A DNA stretch of 64,000 nucleotides, from positions 169 to 64,168 of the forward strand of contig JBIITW010000003.1 in the NCBI GenBank assembly GCA_044340265.1, given 5' to 3'. Made by a program: the position numbers and the translations under genes. Shown in pieces: positions 8,281-17,793 of the stretch; position 1 is the first letter of the stretch; each line of letters starts with the position of its first letter. The notes beneath the pieces are model-generated. The model did not search any database. It saw nothing but the letters and a program-made list of their open reading frames with translations, and was not told the DNA's origin. This DNA is from Burkholderiales bacterium (GTDB lineage Bacteria; Pseudomonadota; Gammaproteobacteria; Burkholderiales; CAIKXV01).

Positions 8281-9177
8281 TCAGTCGAGCAGGCGGCGCA
8301 CGTTCACCTGTACCGACATGCCCAGGTAATCGTTCGCCGCACCATACCAGGACCCGGCCAGGGGCACCGCCTGTGCCGGGTGCCGTGCATAGGCCACGCG
8401 GATCAGGCTGTGCCCGCCGGTCAGGCGATTGGTCGGATCGTAGGCCACCCAGCCGGCGCCGGGAAGGAAGGCATTGAGCCAGGCATGCGTCGCCCCGGCT
8501 CCGTACACGGGCGCGGAGAAGTCCGTGTTGGCCTGCGGATCGAGCGCCGGGTCGTACAGATAGCCCGAAACGAAGCGGCAGGCGATGCCCAGCCGGCGCA
8601 GTGCCTCGATCATCAGCCAGGCATAGTCGCGACAGGTGCCGCTGCGCAGCACCAGCGTCTCGAGCGGCGACTGGGTGCCTTCGGTATCGCGCGACTGGTA
8701 GGCGAAATTGTCGCGGATGTCGTCCATCATCTCATTGAGCACGACGCGCGTATCGCGGCTGTGGTCGAGGAACCGCTTGGCCCAGGCGGCGACGATGCCC
8801 TCCGGATCCTCGGTATGCGGCCGCATGAAACCCTGCAGGTCGAGCCACTCGTCGGGCGAATGCTGCAGCGGCACATGCATCGCCCGCGGCTCGAGGGGCA
8901 GTTCGGTCTCGCGCAGGCCGAGGTGCTCGATGGTGAATCGGCAGCGGAAGGAGAGGTCGATGCCCGGTTCGGGCAGCGTCACGAAGGCAACGGAGTTGGA
9001 GAACGCATCCTGGATCCAGCGCACCGCATGCGGCAGCGAGACCTCGAGCGAATCGTCCAGCACCCGGCTGTCATGGGCGGCACGCGGCCGGAACATCAGC
9101 CGGTGTTCGCCGAAAGTGACCGGATTTGCATACCGGTACCGGGTGGTGTGCAGCACTTCGAAACGCATCGGTGGCAT
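8281..9177 (-). CDS. transglutaminase family protein
   Basis: ORF 8281..9177. N-terminal MRFEVLHTTRYRYANPV (bacterial transglutaminase N domain) and a core with GTCRDYAWLMIEALRRLGIACRFVSGY (catalytic Cys). Confidence 0.85.
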   Translation of the reverse strand: MPPMRFEVLHTTRYRYANPVTFGEHRLMFRPRAAHDSRVLDDSLEVSLPHAVRWIQDAFSNSVAFVTLPEPGIDLSFRCRFTIEHLGLRETELPLEPRAMHVPLQHSPDEWLDLQGFMRPHTEDPEGIVAAWAKRFLDHSRDTRVVLNEMMDDIRDNFAYQSRDTEGTQSPLETLVLRSGTCRDYAWLMIEALRRLGIACRFVSGYLYDPALDPQANTDFSAPVYGAGATHAWLNAFLPGAGWVAYDPTNRLTGGHSLIRVAYARHPAQAVPLAGSWYGAANDYLGMSVQVNVRRLLD

Positions 9178-9185
9178 TCGCCCAG

Positions 9186-10973
9186 TCAGTCGATCACCGG
9201 CAGCAGCAACCAGCCGTCATGGCCGGGGCCGGCGTGCAGCGTGGTGCGGCCGGCAAATACCGATCGCGGCCGGTCGCGCGGGTCGTCATGCAGGAACGGC
9301 CCGCAGCCCTTCAGTTCATTCCGGAAATTGGAAAGCCGGGCGCCGGTAGACGCCTGCCATTCGTAGTCGCGGCCTCGGACCGTCAGCGCCAGCCGATGCC
9401 CGGCCGGCACCACGATCGACGTCGGCCACAGTTCGATGTCGAGCGCGACAGGCGTGCCCGGAACCAGCGGTTCGGCGCGATCGTGCCGGTGGTACGGGCG
9501 CCATGGCGTCGACAGCGCCGGATCGAGTCCTCGGTGCGACGCTCGAAGCCAGCCCTGGGCGACGGGCGTGTGCGGATCGATGGCTCCCATGAACACCACT
9601 TCCCGCAGGTCCGGGGTATACACGCGGAACACCGCGAACAGGTCGGCATCGGTAGTCGTGGAGGATACCCAGAGGCGCAAGGCGAGCGGCCCGGTGATCT
9701 CCGTTTCCTCGTCGAGCGGCGGCGCGAGAAAGGTGATGCCGTCACCGGCCGCATCGAAGGTGCAGGTTGCCGGGGACGCCGGCGGCTGTGCGCCGAGGGT
9801 ACCGGCGCCGGGATCGAGATGCAGCTTCGTCCAGCGGGTACGCGCGATCGGCCATTCGCCTTCCGCGCGCTCCTCGAAGCGGTCGACGTGCCGCACCTGC
9901 AGCAGCACCGGCGGGGCGGCATCCTGGCCGTTGTCGACACCCTTCAGGAAATGGTCGAAGAAGCGCAGCTGCAGCCGTCGGCCGTAGTCGGTGTAGAAAT
10001 GCGTCCAGTGCTCGAGCCCATGGGCCTCGAGCCATTTCTGCTTCGAAGCGGCGCGCAGGAAACCCTCGAAGTTGCCACGCGGATGCAGGCCCTGCCCGCC
10101 CCAGTTGGCCGCCGACAGGAAGGGCACGGTGATCTTCTCCCAGCGCGGCGACCGGGCGCGATGCCATGCGTCGTCGAACGGATGGTCGAGGATCTCGTCG
10201 CCGAAGCTGCACCGGCGGGCGGCAAGTTCGGCATCGGACAGCGTCTGGTCCCCGCACACCAGTGCGCCGGTGACCCGGCTGCGTGCGCCACGTTCGCCCA
10301 GCCCGTGCTGCACCGTCTTCACCTGCATGTCGTACCAGTTGGCCCAGAAGGTCGACAGGATGCCGCCATGGTGGGTCATGTCGCGGTAGAAGTCGGCCGC
10401 GCCCTCCCAGATGCACATCGCCGCCAGGTGCGGCGGCTGCAGCGAGGCCACATGCCACTGGTTGATGCCGAAGTAGGACACGCCGTTCAGCCCGACCCGT
10501 CCGCTCGACCAGGGCTGCACGCCGGCCCATTCGATGCAGTCGTGGAAATCGCGCGTCTCTCGAGGGGAAAACGGATCGACGAACCCGGGCGAACGACCGG
10601 CGCCGCGTGAATCGACGCGCACGCAGGCATAGCCTTCCGGCACCCATTTCTCGGGGTCGACCACCTCCCAGTTCTGGTAGCGGTTGCTCGATCCGTACGC
10701 GACATCCGGATGCTCCGCGACCATGCGCTGCCATGCGCTGGGATAGCCGTCCTGGAACGCAAGGCCCTTGGCATAGGGGCCATAGGTCAGCAGCACCGGG
10801 AAACGCCCTTCCCCGACGGGACGGAACACGTCGGCGCGCAGCACGACGCCATCGTCCATGGCGATGGGCACGTCGAACGCGCACAGCATGCCATCCCGGA
10901 CGACCGGTTCCCCGGCAGCCATGGAGACCTGCCCTGCGCCACCGGTCTGCGCCGGTCCCGTGCGCCCTGTCAT
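9186..10973 (-). CDS. CocE/NonD family hydrolase (S15 X-Pro dipeptidyl-peptidase fold)
   Basis: ORF 9186..11033: LRADVFRPVGEGRFPVLLTYGPYAKG...GLNGVSYFGINQW (nucleophile Ser). Start placed at MTGRTG (10973), which is preceded by GGGGGAAG. Confidence 0.85.
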   Translation of the reverse strand: MTGRTGPAQTGGAGQVSMAAGEPVVRDGMLCAFDVPIAMDDGVVLRADVFRPVGEGRFPVLLTYGPYAKGLAFQDGYPSAWQRMVAEHPDVAYGSSNRYQNWEVVDPEKWVPEGYACVRVDSRGAGRSPGFVDPFSPRETRDFHDCIEWAGVQPWSSGRVGLNGVSYFGINQWHVASLQPPHLAAMCIWEGAADFYRDMTHHGGILSTFWANWYDMQVKTVQHGLGERGARSRVTGALVCGDQTLSDAELAARRCSFGDEILDHPFDDAWHRARSPRWEKITVPFLSAANWGGQGLHPRGNFEGFLRAASKQKWLEAHGLEHWTHFYTDYGRRLQLRFFDHFLKGVDNGQDAAPPVLLQVRHVDRFEERAEGEWPIARTRWTKLHLDPGAGTLGAQPPASPATCTFDAAGDGITFLAPPLDEETEITGPLALRLWVSSTTTDADLFAVFRVYTPDLREVVFMGAIDPHTPVAQGWLRASHRGLDPALSTPWRPYHRHDRAEPLVPGTPVALDIELWPTSIVVPAGHRLALTVRGRDYEWQASTGARLSNFRNELKGCGPFLHDDPRDRPRSVFAGRTTLHAGPGHDGWLLLPVID

Positions 10974-11065
10974 CGTCGTCTTCCCCCTGCCGTGCGTACC
11001 ACCTAAATTGACGCCGGCCGCAAGCGGTGTCAAGTTCGCGGTCTTTCATCTCCGGAGGCGCCACG

Positions 11066-11950
11066 TTGAAGATCGGAATACTGGGTATCGGCCGCATGGG
11101 CGCGGCCATGGCAACCCGCCTGCTCGGCCTCGGCCATGAGGTGATCGTATGGAACCGCTCGCCGGAGAAGGCGCAGGCCCTCGCTGCGGCGGGCGCCCAG
11201 GTGGCGGCGACCCCGCGCGCGCTGGCCGAGGCGAGCGAGGCGATCCTCAGCATCGTCGCCGATGCGAAGGCGGTCGAGGCGACCTATTTCGGCCCGTCCG
11301 GTGCCGCCACTGGCAGCCTCGCCGGCAAGCTGGTGATCGAGATGAGCACGCTGCGGCCCGAGACGCAGCGCAGCCTGGCCGCCCGGCTGAAGGCGCTGGG
11401 TGCCGCGATGATCGAATGCCCGGTCGGCGGCACCACCGGTCCGGCCCGCGACGGCAAGCTGCTCGGCTTCGCCGGCGGCAGCCCCGAGGACTTCGCGCGC
11501 GCGAAACCGCTGCTCGACCAGTTGTGCCGGCGCGTCGAGCACATCGGCCCGGCCGGCGCCGGCGCCAGCATGAAGCTGGCGATCAACCTGCCACTGCTGG
11601 TCTACTGGCAGGCGCTGGGCGAGGCGCTGACGCTGATCAAGCCGCTCGGACTCGATCCGGCACGCATCATGGACATCCTCGCCGACACCTCGGGCGGGCC
11701 GAACGTGCTGAAGGTGCGCGGCGGCATGATCGCGCGGTCGCTCGAAGGCGGCGACACCGGGCCGGTGACCTTCGATGTCGACCTGATCCGCAAGGACCTG
11801 CAGACGATGATCGACGAGGCGGCCTCGCTGGGCTCGACACTGCCGGTGACGCAGCGTGCGCTCGACATGTTCGACGAGGCGTCGAAGGAAGGCATGGGCG
11901 CGGCCGACGCGGTCGCGCTGCCGGCGCGCTGGCTGAAACGGAACGGTTGA
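11066..11950 (+). CDS. NAD(P)-dependent oxidoreductase (3-hydroxyisobutyrate/6-phosphogluconate dehydrogenase-like)
   Basis: ORF 11027..11950. Rossmann motif KIGILGIGRMGAAMATRLLGLGHEVIVWNRS. A TTG at 11066 lies 5 nt after GGAGG. Confidence 0.85.
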   Translation: MKIGILGIGRMGAAMATRLLGLGHEVIVWNRSPEKAQALAAAGAQVAATPRALAEASEAILSIVADAKAVEATYFGPSGAATGSLAGKLVIEMSTLRPETQRSLAARLKALGAAMIECPVGGTTGPARDGKLLGFAGGSPEDFARAKPLLDQLCRRVEHIGPAGAGASMKLAINLPLLVYWQALGEALTLIKPLGLDPARIMDILADTSGGPNVLKVRGGMIARSLEGGDTGPVTFDVDLIRKDLQTMIDEAASLGSTLPVTQRALDMFDEASKEGMGAADAVALPARWLKRNG

Positions 11951-11995
11951 ACACCCCATAACGACAGCCCGCACCGGGCAACGAGGAGACAGGCG

Positions 11996-12829
11996 ATGCT
12001 GATCGTCGATTCGCAGGTACACATCTGGGGCGCGGACACCCCCGAACGCCCCTGGCCGAAACGTGCGGAAGCGCAGCGGCCGATCCCGCTCGACCACACC
12101 GACCTGCTGCGCGAGATGGACGAGGCGGGCGTCGACCGGGTGGTCATCGTGCCGCCGTCGTGGGAAGGCGACCGCAACGACCTGGCGATCGCCGCGCACC
12201 TCGCGCATCCGACCCGGTTCGCGACCATGGGCCGCATCGATCCCCAGGACCCTGCCGCGCGCGGTTCGCTCGCCGCCTGGCGCAGGCAGCCGGGCATGCT
12301 CGGCCTGCGCTTCACGTTCCACCTGCCGATGCTCGAAGCGCTGCTGACCGAAGGCCACATGGACTGGGTCTGGGGCGAGGCCGAGAAGGCCGGCGTACCG
12401 ATCTACGTGCTGGTGCCGCACCGGCTGGTGCCCGAGATCGGCAAGGTGGCCGAGCGCTATCCCGGGCTGCGGCTGGTGATGGACCACATGGGGCTCAACA
12501 GCAAGCAGCGCGATGCCGAGGCGTTCGCCGATTTCGACAAGCTGCTGGCGATCGCGAAGCAGCCGAACGTCGCCGCCAAGGCGAGCGCCCTGCCCTGCTA
12601 CACCAATGACAGCTATCCATACCGGTCGCTGCACGGCTATCTGCAGCGCGCCTATGACGCGTTCGGCCCGAAGCGTCTGTTCTGGGGCACCGACCTGTCG
12701 CGCTCACCGATTCCCTATCGACAGCATGTGACGATGTACACCGAAGAGATCCCCTGGCTGTCGGCGTCCGACAAGGAGTGGATCATGGGCCGCGGCGTCT
12801 GCGAATGGATCGGCTGGCCGGTGACCTGA
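11996..12829 (+). CDS. amidohydrolase family protein (Amidohydro_2)
   Basis: ORF 11996..12829: MLIVDSQVHIW...DRVVIVPPSW...MDHMG...FWGTD metal-ligand pattern. GAGGAGA RBS. Confidence 0.85.
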   Translation: MLIVDSQVHIWGADTPERPWPKRAEAQRPIPLDHTDLLREMDEAGVDRVVIVPPSWEGDRNDLAIAAHLAHPTRFATMGRIDPQDPAARGSLAAWRRQPGMLGLRFTFHLPMLEALLTEGHMDWVWGEAEKAGVPIYVLVPHRLVPEIGKVAERYPGLRLVMDHMGLNSKQRDAEAFADFDKLLAIAKQPNVAAKASALPCYTNDSYPYRSLHGYLQRAYDAFGPKRLFWGTDLSRSPIPYRQHVTMYTEEIPWLSASDKEWIMGRGVCEWIGWPVT

Positions 12830-12880
12830 CCGGGCGCTGCATCTCCAAACGCCTGCCGCCTCTCATGCAGACGACAGACG

Positions 12881-12914
12881 AAAAAAAAGCCCCGCAGACC
12901 GCGGGGCTTTTTTT
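12881..12914. terminator. bidirectional intrinsic terminator
   Basis: AAAAAAAAGCCCCGC-AGACC-GCGGGGCTTTTTTT between convergent genes ending at 12829 (+) and 12932 (-). Confidence 0.9.
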
Positions 12915-12931
12915 GCAGCACGCCGGCAGGA

Positions 12932-13603
12932 TCAGACGCTGGCCTTGCGACGGCGCGAGAAGCCGACGAGGCCGAGCAGGCCGGTGCCGAGCAGCCAGGC
13001 GGCGGCCGGGACCGGCACCACCGACGCGGCCGGCTCGTCGAAACCGACGGTGAAGCCGTAGTAGCTCTCGAAGATCGGGTTGGTCCACGAGATGCTCTCG
13101 AACGTGCCATAGAAGATCACGGAACCGTTGCGCTCGCCGGTGCCGCCGACCACGTTGCCGGCGACCGTGATCGGGATGCCGTTGTATTCCTGCGAACCAC
13201 CACCGGCGACGAAGGTCGGCGTCTGGTCGAAGGTGAAGTTCGCGCTGTTGCCCGGCTGGCCGAGGCTCCAGATCGCGAACACCGGGTTGAGCACCGCCTG
13301 CGAGAAGGTGATCGTGTTCAGCGGCGCGTTGCTGCCGCCGGTCAGCGTGCGGATCGCCGAACCGGCAACCGGCGCATTGCCGATCACCGCACCGTCGGCC
13401 CAGGTGGAAACCGGCAGCCAGTTACGCGCGTCGATATCGAGGTTGCCTGCCTGGCCGGCGAACGAGATGCCCACGGAACCGGCCGTGGCTGCGGTCGTCG
13501 AGGTCCAGGTGGCCCAGGTGATGGTCGCCGAAAGGGCCGGGGTTGCGCACAGCGCGAGCGCTGCCGAGACGGATGCCAGCTTGATCAGTGAAGCAGTGCT
13601 CAT
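12932..13603 (-). CDS. PEP-CTERM sorting-domain secreted protein
   Basis: ORF 12932..13603. Signal peptide MSTASLIKLASVSAALALCATPALSA; C-terminus VPVPAAAWLLGTGLLGLVGFSRRRKASV; AGGAGA RBS. Confidence 0.9.
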   Translation of the reverse strand: MSTASLIKLASVSAALALCATPALSATITWATWTSTTAATAGSVGISFAGQAGNLDIDARNWLPVSTWADGAVIGNAPVAGSAIRTLTGGSNAPLNTITFSQAVLNPVFAIWSLGQPGNSANFTFDQTPTFVAGGGSQEYNGIPITVAGNVVGGTGERNGSVIFYGTFESISWTNPIFESYYGFTVGFDEPAASVVPVPAAAWLLGTGLLGLVGFSRRRKASV

Positions 13604-13780
13604 GGTGTTCTCCTGGGGATTGGGGCCGGCGGTATCGCTGGGGCCAAGAAATGCGGCTGCCGAACAGGTCGATGCAGTTGCAGTGTGTTCGCTGCCCTTG
13701 TTCCTGTCGGTGAGATAAACATCGATGTTGCCGTGACGTATGCACGCGCGACCCCGTAAGCAACCCGGCCCGAGCGGCCG

Positions 13781-14329
13781 TCACTGCGCAGGGCGCGTCC
13801 CTCTTGTCCGGCCCGAGGTCGGCCTGAGCTCGATCCAGTGCAGCGAACGTGCGAGCAGGCATGGCTCGATCTCGCGCCGGCACAGCAGGTGCTGTACTGC
13901 AGGCTGGATGCCGGTCGCGCCTGCGGCTCGGCCACCGCGAGGCACCCAGCCGGGTTGCTCGGCCACGTGCCCGACGGCCGCTTCGAGGTAGCGGTCGTCC
14001 GCCAGCACTGCCGTACGCACGCGCACGATCCGCGCGGGCCGGACCACGGGCCCCTGTGACGCGAGTGCCAGCCGGGCATCGATGATGCCCACCTCGACCG
14101 TGTTGTCTATCGACGAGTCGGTCGCCATGGCCAGCAGGTGGTGGAGGTACTCGCTGTCGAACCAGAACTGATGCTCGCATGCGACTGGCGCGCGCGGCGT
14201 GTCGACGGACGAATCGACGGATTCGTCTACGGGTTCGATGGCGAACAGGGTCAGCGGCCTGCGCAATTGCACGACCGTATAATCACCGTCATGGAAAGTC
14301 AGCTTGAGCGTCTGATCGATGTCGAGCAT
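13781..14329 (-). CDS. hypothetical protein
   Basis: ORF 13781..14398. Third-position GC is consistent with coding. I recognise no family. Start placed at MLDIDQTLKL (14329), but M1 or M10 are possible. Confidence 0.5.
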   Translation of the reverse strand: MLDIDQTLKLTFHDGDYTVVQLRRPLTLFAIEPVDESVDSSVDTPRAPVACEHQFWFDSEYLHHLLAMATDSSIDNTVEVGIIDARLALASQGPVVRPARIVRVRTAVLADDRYLEAAVGHVAEQPGWVPRGGRAAGATGIQPAVQHLLCRREIEPCLLARSLHWIELRPTSGRTRGTRPAQ

Positions 14330-14649
14330 GGATGCTTCCGAGAACCCGTTCCTGCGTGTCCGCGCGCGCATCGCCCGTCGCTGGGTGAACGCATGCAATC
14401 CGGACTATCCGGTTCCGACTTTGCGAGAATCCGCCAGGAAATTCCGGTCGGCCTCGCGCCTGCGCCAGACGAGGCAACAAGGGAAGAGGAGGACGCAGTT
14501 TAACCAAGTGGCGAACGCTCCGGTATCGCCCAATTGCGGTATGACGGATCTGTTCCAGCATGCGATAAATCGCCCGGCAGAGTGACTCGTCCTCTGCCTC
14601 GTCGTTTGCATGTCCGCCAATCGACATACAAGAGTTCCTGGCCGCGCAG

Positions 14650-15336
14650 ATGCCGAATCCCGCCACCATTGTCGACGCCCGGATGCCGATTGCAGGCACC
14701 CTCGGCACTGCCGTGCGTGAACGGATTGCACAGACCATCCTCGACCATCTGATCCATCCGCTGCTGGTGGTCTCGGCCGACGGTACGGTCGTGCACAGCA
14801 ACTTCGCCGGATACCAGTTCATCGCGGGCCGGCACGGCCTGCAGGTCAGGGACGGCAGACTCACCACGACGCGGCGTGGCGAGAAAGGCGCGCTGGCCGA
14901 GCTGTTGATCGCCCTGTCGGATCCGGCCGCCCGGCCTGCACAGCCTGGCGTGCTGACCCTGCCGTCGCGCCAGGGACGAAACCCGAAAGTGATGCTGCTG
15001 ATGCCGATGCGGCCGACCGGCGCACCCTCCCTGAAGGCCGCGAAGATGCCGGAACGACTGGTGCTGATCGCAGTCATCGATCCCCCACACCGCCTGCTGC
15101 CGGACGAGCATCTGGTGCGCAGCGTCTACGGCCTGTCGGCCGCGGAGACCCGTATCGCGCTGAAGATCGCCGCTGGCAAATCGTTGTCGCAGATCGCGCT
15201 GGAAAGCCGCACCAGCCTGCACACCGTGCGCACGCAGTTGAAGGCGATCTTCGCCAAGACCGGCACATCGCGCCAGGCGCAGCTCGCGCTCACCCTGTCG
15301 GCACTCGCGCCGGCGATGCTGATGGCGGTGACCTGA
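14650..15336 (+). CDS. LuxR/GerE-family helix-turn-helix transcriptional regulator
   Basis: ORF 14650..15336. C-terminal LSAAETRIALKIAAGKSLSQIALESRTSLHTVRTQLKAIFAKTGTSRQAQL is a GerE-type HTH. The N-terminal sensory domain is unassigned. Confidence 0.85.
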   Translation: MPNPATIVDARMPIAGTLGTAVRERIAQTILDHLIHPLLVVSADGTVVHSNFAGYQFIAGRHGLQVRDGRLTTTRRGEKGALAELLIALSDPAARPAQPGVLTLPSRQGRNPKVMLLMPMRPTGAPSLKAAKMPERLVLIAVIDPPHRLLPDEHLVRSVYGLSAAETRIALKIAAGKSLSQIALESRTSLHTVRTQLKAIFAKTGTSRQAQLALTLSALAPAMLMAVT

Positions 15337-15370
15337 ACGGCGCGGACCTGACCGGCGACCGGCCGCTGCT

Positions 15371-16819
15371 TCAGGGCCTGCTGTCGAGGAATCGGTACCA
15401 GTGGAACAGCGCCCGCTGCGGCAGGCGCATCAGGCGGTGCAGCGGGAACGGCCGCACCGGATGGCCCGCCGCTTCGATCACCGGCGCGGTGGCATCGCCC
15501 GCGATGCGCGCCGCGATCAGCCGGCCGGCATACAGCGACAGAGAAACGCCGCTGCCCTGGTAGCCGACGGCATAGTGGACGGTCGGGTCGTCTTCAGCCT
15601 GGCGAATGCGCGGCAGGAAGTCCCGCGTGAACGCCACCCAGCCATGCCAGTCGTGTTCGATCTCGATGCCGTCCAGCGTCGGATACTTGGCGGTCAGTTC
15701 GCGGTAGAGGTACTGACGGTGGCTGGCGGTGCGCCCGGGCGTGTCCGAGATCAGCCCGCGCCCGCCGAACAGGATGCGCTGGTCGGGCAGGCGCCGCCAG
15801 TAGAAGGTGAGTTTGCGCGCATCGGTCAGCACGTCGCCGGTCACGAAGTTCGCGCCGGCCACGTCGGCATCGGTCATCGGTCGGGTGACGATGATGTGCG
15901 ACAGGATAGGCATCATCGCCGCACGCAGGTCGGCATGAAGGCCCGGCGGCGTGTAGCCGTTGGTTCCGATGACCACCTTCGCCGCGCGCACCGTTCCGTG
16001 CGGCGTCGACAGCAGGTGCGTGGCACCTTCCTTGCGCCAGCCGATCACCGGGCTCGACGAATGCACGGTGGCTCCCGCTGCGCGCGCCATGCGCAGCACG
16101 CCGGCCGCGAGCTTCATCGGATGCAACGCGATGGCGTCCGGGATGCGCAGCGCGCCCCAGGAATGGGCACCGCCCAGGTGATCGCGCTGCAGCGTGCGCG
16201 CATCGATGAACTCGGCGGGATACTGCAGTTCGCGCTGCATGAGCCGCGCTTCGGCCTCGAGCGCCGCCGCCCGCCCGGGCTTGGGCGCCACCTTCAGGTA
16301 ACCCGTCTCCGACGCATCGCAGTCGATGCCTCCGTCGCGGATCATCGCGCGCACGTTGTCGAGCGAGGCTCGGGTATGCGCGAAAAGGGCCTTCGCACCG
16401 GCCATGCCGAAACGCGCCACCATGTCGCTGAACGACAACCGACCGAACGCCATGCGCGCAAAGCCGCCATTGCGACCACTGCAGCCCCAGCCTGGACGGT
16501 TCGCTTCGAGCACCACCACCCGATGGCCGCGTCGCGCCAGGTGCAGCGCCGTCGACAGGCCGGTGTAACCGCCACCGATCACCGCCACGTCGGTATCGAG
16601 CGCAGGCGGCGCCGGCCCGTCGTCCGGGGGCAGCGCGCCTGCGGTCGACAGCCAGTACGACGGCGGGTGTGCGAGGCCGGTACCCGGGCTGTCGGCGAAG
16701 ATCGGGTCGTAGGGCTTCGTGCTCAGGGCAACCGACCGGCCTCGCGCCGCGCCTCGTAGGTCTTGCAGTGGGTATACGCGATCAGGTGCAGCCGGTCGTC
16801 CAGGCCATGGGCGCGGCAC
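15371..16819 (-). CDS. FAD-dependent oxidoreductase (DAO family, gamma-glutamylputrescine-oxidase-like)
   Basis: ORF 15371..17110: DVAVIGGGYTGLSTALHLARRGHRVVVLEA dinucleotide fold. The start is uncertain. The nearest canonical in-frame start is GTG at 16819, inside the upstream gene. Homology-length reasoning instead favours initiation near the CTG at 16726, which overlaps the upstream stop. Confidence 0.8.
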   Translation of the reverse strand: MPRPWPGRPAAPDRVYPLQDLRGAARGRSVALSTKPYDPIFADSPGTGLAHPPSYWLSTAGALPPDDGPAPPALDTDVAVIGGGYTGLSTALHLARRGHRVVVLEANRPGWGCSGRNGGFARMAFGRLSFSDMVARFGMAGAKALFAHTRASLDNVRAMIRDGGIDCDASETGYLKVAPKPGRAAALEAEARLMQRELQYPAEFIDARTLQRDHLGGAHSWGALRIPDAIALHPMKLAAGVLRMARAAGATVHSSSPVIGWRKEGATHLLSTPHGTVRAAKVVIGTNGYTPPGLHADLRAAMMPILSHIIVTRPMTDADVAGANFVTGDVLTDARKLTFYWRRLPDQRILFGGRGLISDTPGRTASHRQYLYRELTAKYPTLDGIEIEHDWHGWVAFTRDFLPRIRQAEDDPTVHYAVGYQGSGVSLSLYAGRLIAARIAGDATAPVIEAAGHPVRPFPLHRLMRLPQRALFHWYRFLDSRP

Positions 16820-17658
16820 TGCTCGAGCATGAAGCCGAGGATATGGTCGGCCTCGATCGGCCCGCCGCGCTCGATGTCGCGCGCCATCGACGCGCTGTAT
16901 GCCGCGTCGCGATTGGAGAACAATGCGCGGAACTCGTCGATGAAGCCCTGCTTCGGCGCGCAGCCGGCCCGGGTCGCGATCTCGATGTTCAGGTCGAAGA
17001 ACTCGTTCAGCAGCCGCGTGCCCTCGGGCGTGCGCGCGATCTCGCCGACGCTGCCGCGCATCAGGCAGGTCATGCCCGCCACCGTGGACAGGTGCACCAG
17101 CTTGATCCACAGGTCATGGCGGATGTTCGAGGAGACGGTCGCCACGACCGACGTACGGTCGAACAATGCCTTCAGCTGCGCGATGCGATCGGATGCGCGG
17201 CCATCGAGTTCACCGAAGGTGATGAATCGCCAGTCGCTCAGGTGCTTGACCACCCCCTCCGGCGTCAGCGTGGCCTGGATCTTCGCCAGCCCGCCGATCA
17301 CCCGCTGCTCGCCGAACTCGGCCACCAGCCGGTCGATGTGTGCATAGCCGTTGAGCAACGGCAGGATCGCCGTCTGCGGCCCGATCGCCGGGCGCACGGC
17401 CTCGATCGCGGCATCGAGATCGTAGGCCTTGCTGGTCAGCAGCACGAGGTCATAGGCCTGCGCCGGATCGACGGCGGTCACTGCATCGACCTTCAGCCGC
17501 GCATCGCCGAAGGCCGGGCTGTCGATCACCAGGCCATCGCGCGCGATCTGCGCCAGGCGACGCTCACGCACCAGGAAGGTGACATCGGCACCGGCTTCGA
17601 CCAGCCGCCCGCCGTAGTAGCCGCCGATCGCGCCGGCACCCAACACGAATATCTTCAC
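16723..17658 (-). CDS. ketopantoate reductase family protein (2-dehydropantoate 2-reductase, ApbA/PanE)
   Basis: ORF 16723..17658: MKIFVLGAGAIGGYYGGRLVEAGADVTFLVR, with ApbA N- and C-domains. Confidence 0.85.
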   Translation of the reverse strand: MKIFVLGAGAIGGYYGGRLVEAGADVTFLVRERRLAQIARDGLVIDSPAFGDARLKVDAVTAVDPAQAYDLVLLTSKAYDLDAAIEAVRPAIGPQTAILPLLNGYAHIDRLVAEFGEQRVIGGLAKIQATLTPEGVVKHLSDWRFITFGELDGRASDRIAQLKALFDRTSVVATVSSNIRHDLWIKLVHLSTVAGMTCLMRGSVGEIARTPEGTRLLNEFFDLNIEIATRAGCAPKQGFIDEFRALFSNRDAAYSASMARDIERGGPIEADHILGFMLEQCRAHGLDDRLHLIAYTHCKTYEARREAGRLP

Positions 17659-17793
17659 GCTGTTCGCTCCGTGGTCCGCCCTGCCGTCCCGGCTCGACTC
17701 GTGGCCGGGGATGCGGCGCAGGCCGCAGCCCCGATGTTACGGCGTCCGGGGCCTCGGTGCCCGGCGGCTCGAGCGTCTCGGGCGTCTGACGGC

